This document shows positions 62,784 through 64,000 of a DNA stretch of 64,000 nt, in pieces. Source of the stretch: Basidiobolus meristosporus CBS 931.73 (Eukaryota > Fungi > Basidiobolomycota); contig MCFE01000232.1 of NCBI GenBank assembly GCA_002104905.1, forward strand, positions 57,357-121,356, written 5' to 3'. The stretch's first letter is position 1. Each line of letters opens with the position of its first letter. The notes under the pieces were generated by a model that searched no databases, was not told where the DNA came from, and saw nothing but the letters and a program-made list of their open reading frames with translations. A program made the translations under genes and the position numbers.

Positions 62784-62827
62784 GGGTTAGGGTGTAGGTG
62801 TTATAGTAAGGGCTAGGAAAAGGTTAG
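62784..62827 (+). repeat. Degenerate internal telomere-like tract at the 5' truncation point of the LINE
   Basis: GGGTTAGGGTGTAGGTGTTATAGTAAGGGCTAGGAAAAGGTTAG. The RT frame closes with a stop within this tract. Confidence 0.6.
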
Positions 62828-63291
62828 AAGAGCAGGGGGTCTGGAGGACGCAGTCCCCTAGAGAATGAAAAAGCAGGGGGTTTGGGGGATGCAATCCCCC
62901 ATACTGCTCCCATACTCTTTAAACTCCCGTTGGATTACTTTTCTCTCATTCTTGGTTCTGGTCCCTTAGGGTTAGAATTCCTCCTCCTAACCCTTTTCAC
63001 CCTAACCATAAATATTTTTACCCTACAATTGGCACATTGTCTGCTCATACAGTGGGATGTCTGGGCCAATATTTATCTCCCTATACTGTCCATACACTCT
63101 GTATAAGTCTTGATGACTATGTAATTAATAAATTGTTATTTTTAATGTATATCTAATAATTAATGGGATTCATCCCAATCTGACCACAATCCCATATTTT
63201 GATAAGCTTCGGGCACCATAAATTGCACGGCCCTAGTATGATAAAAAAATTCATGGCCAATACAAATTAGACTTGTTCCATCATTCCAGCT

Positions 63292-63457
63292 GATCATAGT
63301 GCCCAATAGTGCCATAGCATGCCAGATGGTGCCTGATCATACCTCAGAGTGCCAGATGGTGCCATACAGTGCCAATTTAGGATCAAAATTGACATGCATA
63401 TGACCCTAAAATATCAAATTAATAACAAAATATACAGCACTCTCTGGCACTATGATC
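63292..63457. repeat. Subtelomeric element: 12-bp inverted repeat enclosing multiple GTGCC motifs
   Basis: GATCATAGTGCC (63292-63303) and GGCACTATGATC (63446-63457), with several internal (A/G)GTGCC(A) copies. Confidence 0.6.
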
Positions 63458-63737
63458 AATGGCACAATGGAACAAGTCTATTTTCTGTAACCCGATTGCT
63501 TTTACCAAATATAAAGTGTATCCCAAAGTTCAATATATATTATGGCTATAATAGAAACTTTATTTGACACCATTGCAACTACTACTTATGTTCTATGCGC
63601 ACATGTATCCCACGGGAATTGTAAAACTTAGCCACGTGGTACAAAAGTGCTTTTATTTTTCATCATGATAGTTTTACATGAGTTCCTAACTCACTTTGAA
63701 AGTACGCAGTAGCCATACCCCAACAGGTTTTAAGGAT

Positions 63738-64000
63738 TTAGGGTTAGGGTTAGGGCTAGGGTTAGGGTTAGGGTTAGGGTTAGGGTTAGGGTTAGGGCTA
63801 GGGCTAGGGTTAGGGTTAGGGTTAGGGTTAGGGTTAGGGTTAGGGTTAGGGTTAGGGTTAGGGTTAGGGTTAGGGTTAGGGTTAGGGTTAGGGTTAGGGT
63901 TAGGGTTAGGGTTAGGGTTAGGGTTAGGGTTAGGGTTAGGGTTAGGGTTAGGGTTAGGGTTAGGGTTAGGGTTAGGGTTAGGGTTAGGTTAGGGTTAGGG
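63738..64000 (+). repeat. Telomere (TTAGGG)n, about 44 units, running to the end of the window
   Basis: Direct reading. Variant CTAGGG units at 63756, 63798 and 63804, and one TTAGG near the end. Confidence 0.99.

Noticed and set aside
63696-63992. ORF-track 98-aa (LG)n protein
   Set aside because: It is the translation of the TTAGGG telomere, not a gene.
1-64000. tRNA, rRNA or CRISPR features
   Set aside because: I found no T-loop/cloverleaf, rRNA-like sequence or repeat-spacer array by eye. Intron-containing tRNAs or snoRNAs could be missed without tRNAscan or Infernal.

Overview
The window is the last 64 kb of the right arm of a fungal chromosome, ending in a (TTAGGG)n telomere. Short GT-AG introns, ergosterol genes, an NsdD-type GATA factor and a clear U12-type AT-AC intron point to an early-diverging (non-Dikarya) fungus; the species is not determined. 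From 1 to 56 kb lie about 20 mostly spliced genes: two ERG3 paralogues, ERG1, phosphatidylserine synthase, MacroD, a Slm1-like PH protein, a GATA factor, a stand-alone AN1 zinc-finger protein, nucleolar FKBP, tRNase Z, RPL39, a PNPOx-like protein, a mitochondrial carrier, a NEK kinase, PIGZ/SMP3, an AZUL-HECT ligase, a double-PAS protein and a heme-thiolate peroxidase. There is also a decayed MULE transposase. From 57 to 63.7 kb is a CpG-depleted subtelomere of broken Ty1/copia pieces. The main result is in this subtelomere. Two diverged copies of a LINE-type retroelement both point their 5' ends toward the telomere and both have their 3' ends fused to a short TTAGGG tract that caps a broken copia sequence, which suggests a telomere-primed non-LTR retroelement that has repeatedly extended or healed this chromosome end. 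Other highlights are the AT-AC minor intron in a NEK1-like kinase, a free-standing IGHMBP2-type zinc finger, a repeat protein with multiple PP1-docking-like motifs, and an AUG-less mitochondrial-type leader on tRNase Z. All family assignments come from manual translation and recalled motifs; no database search was run.
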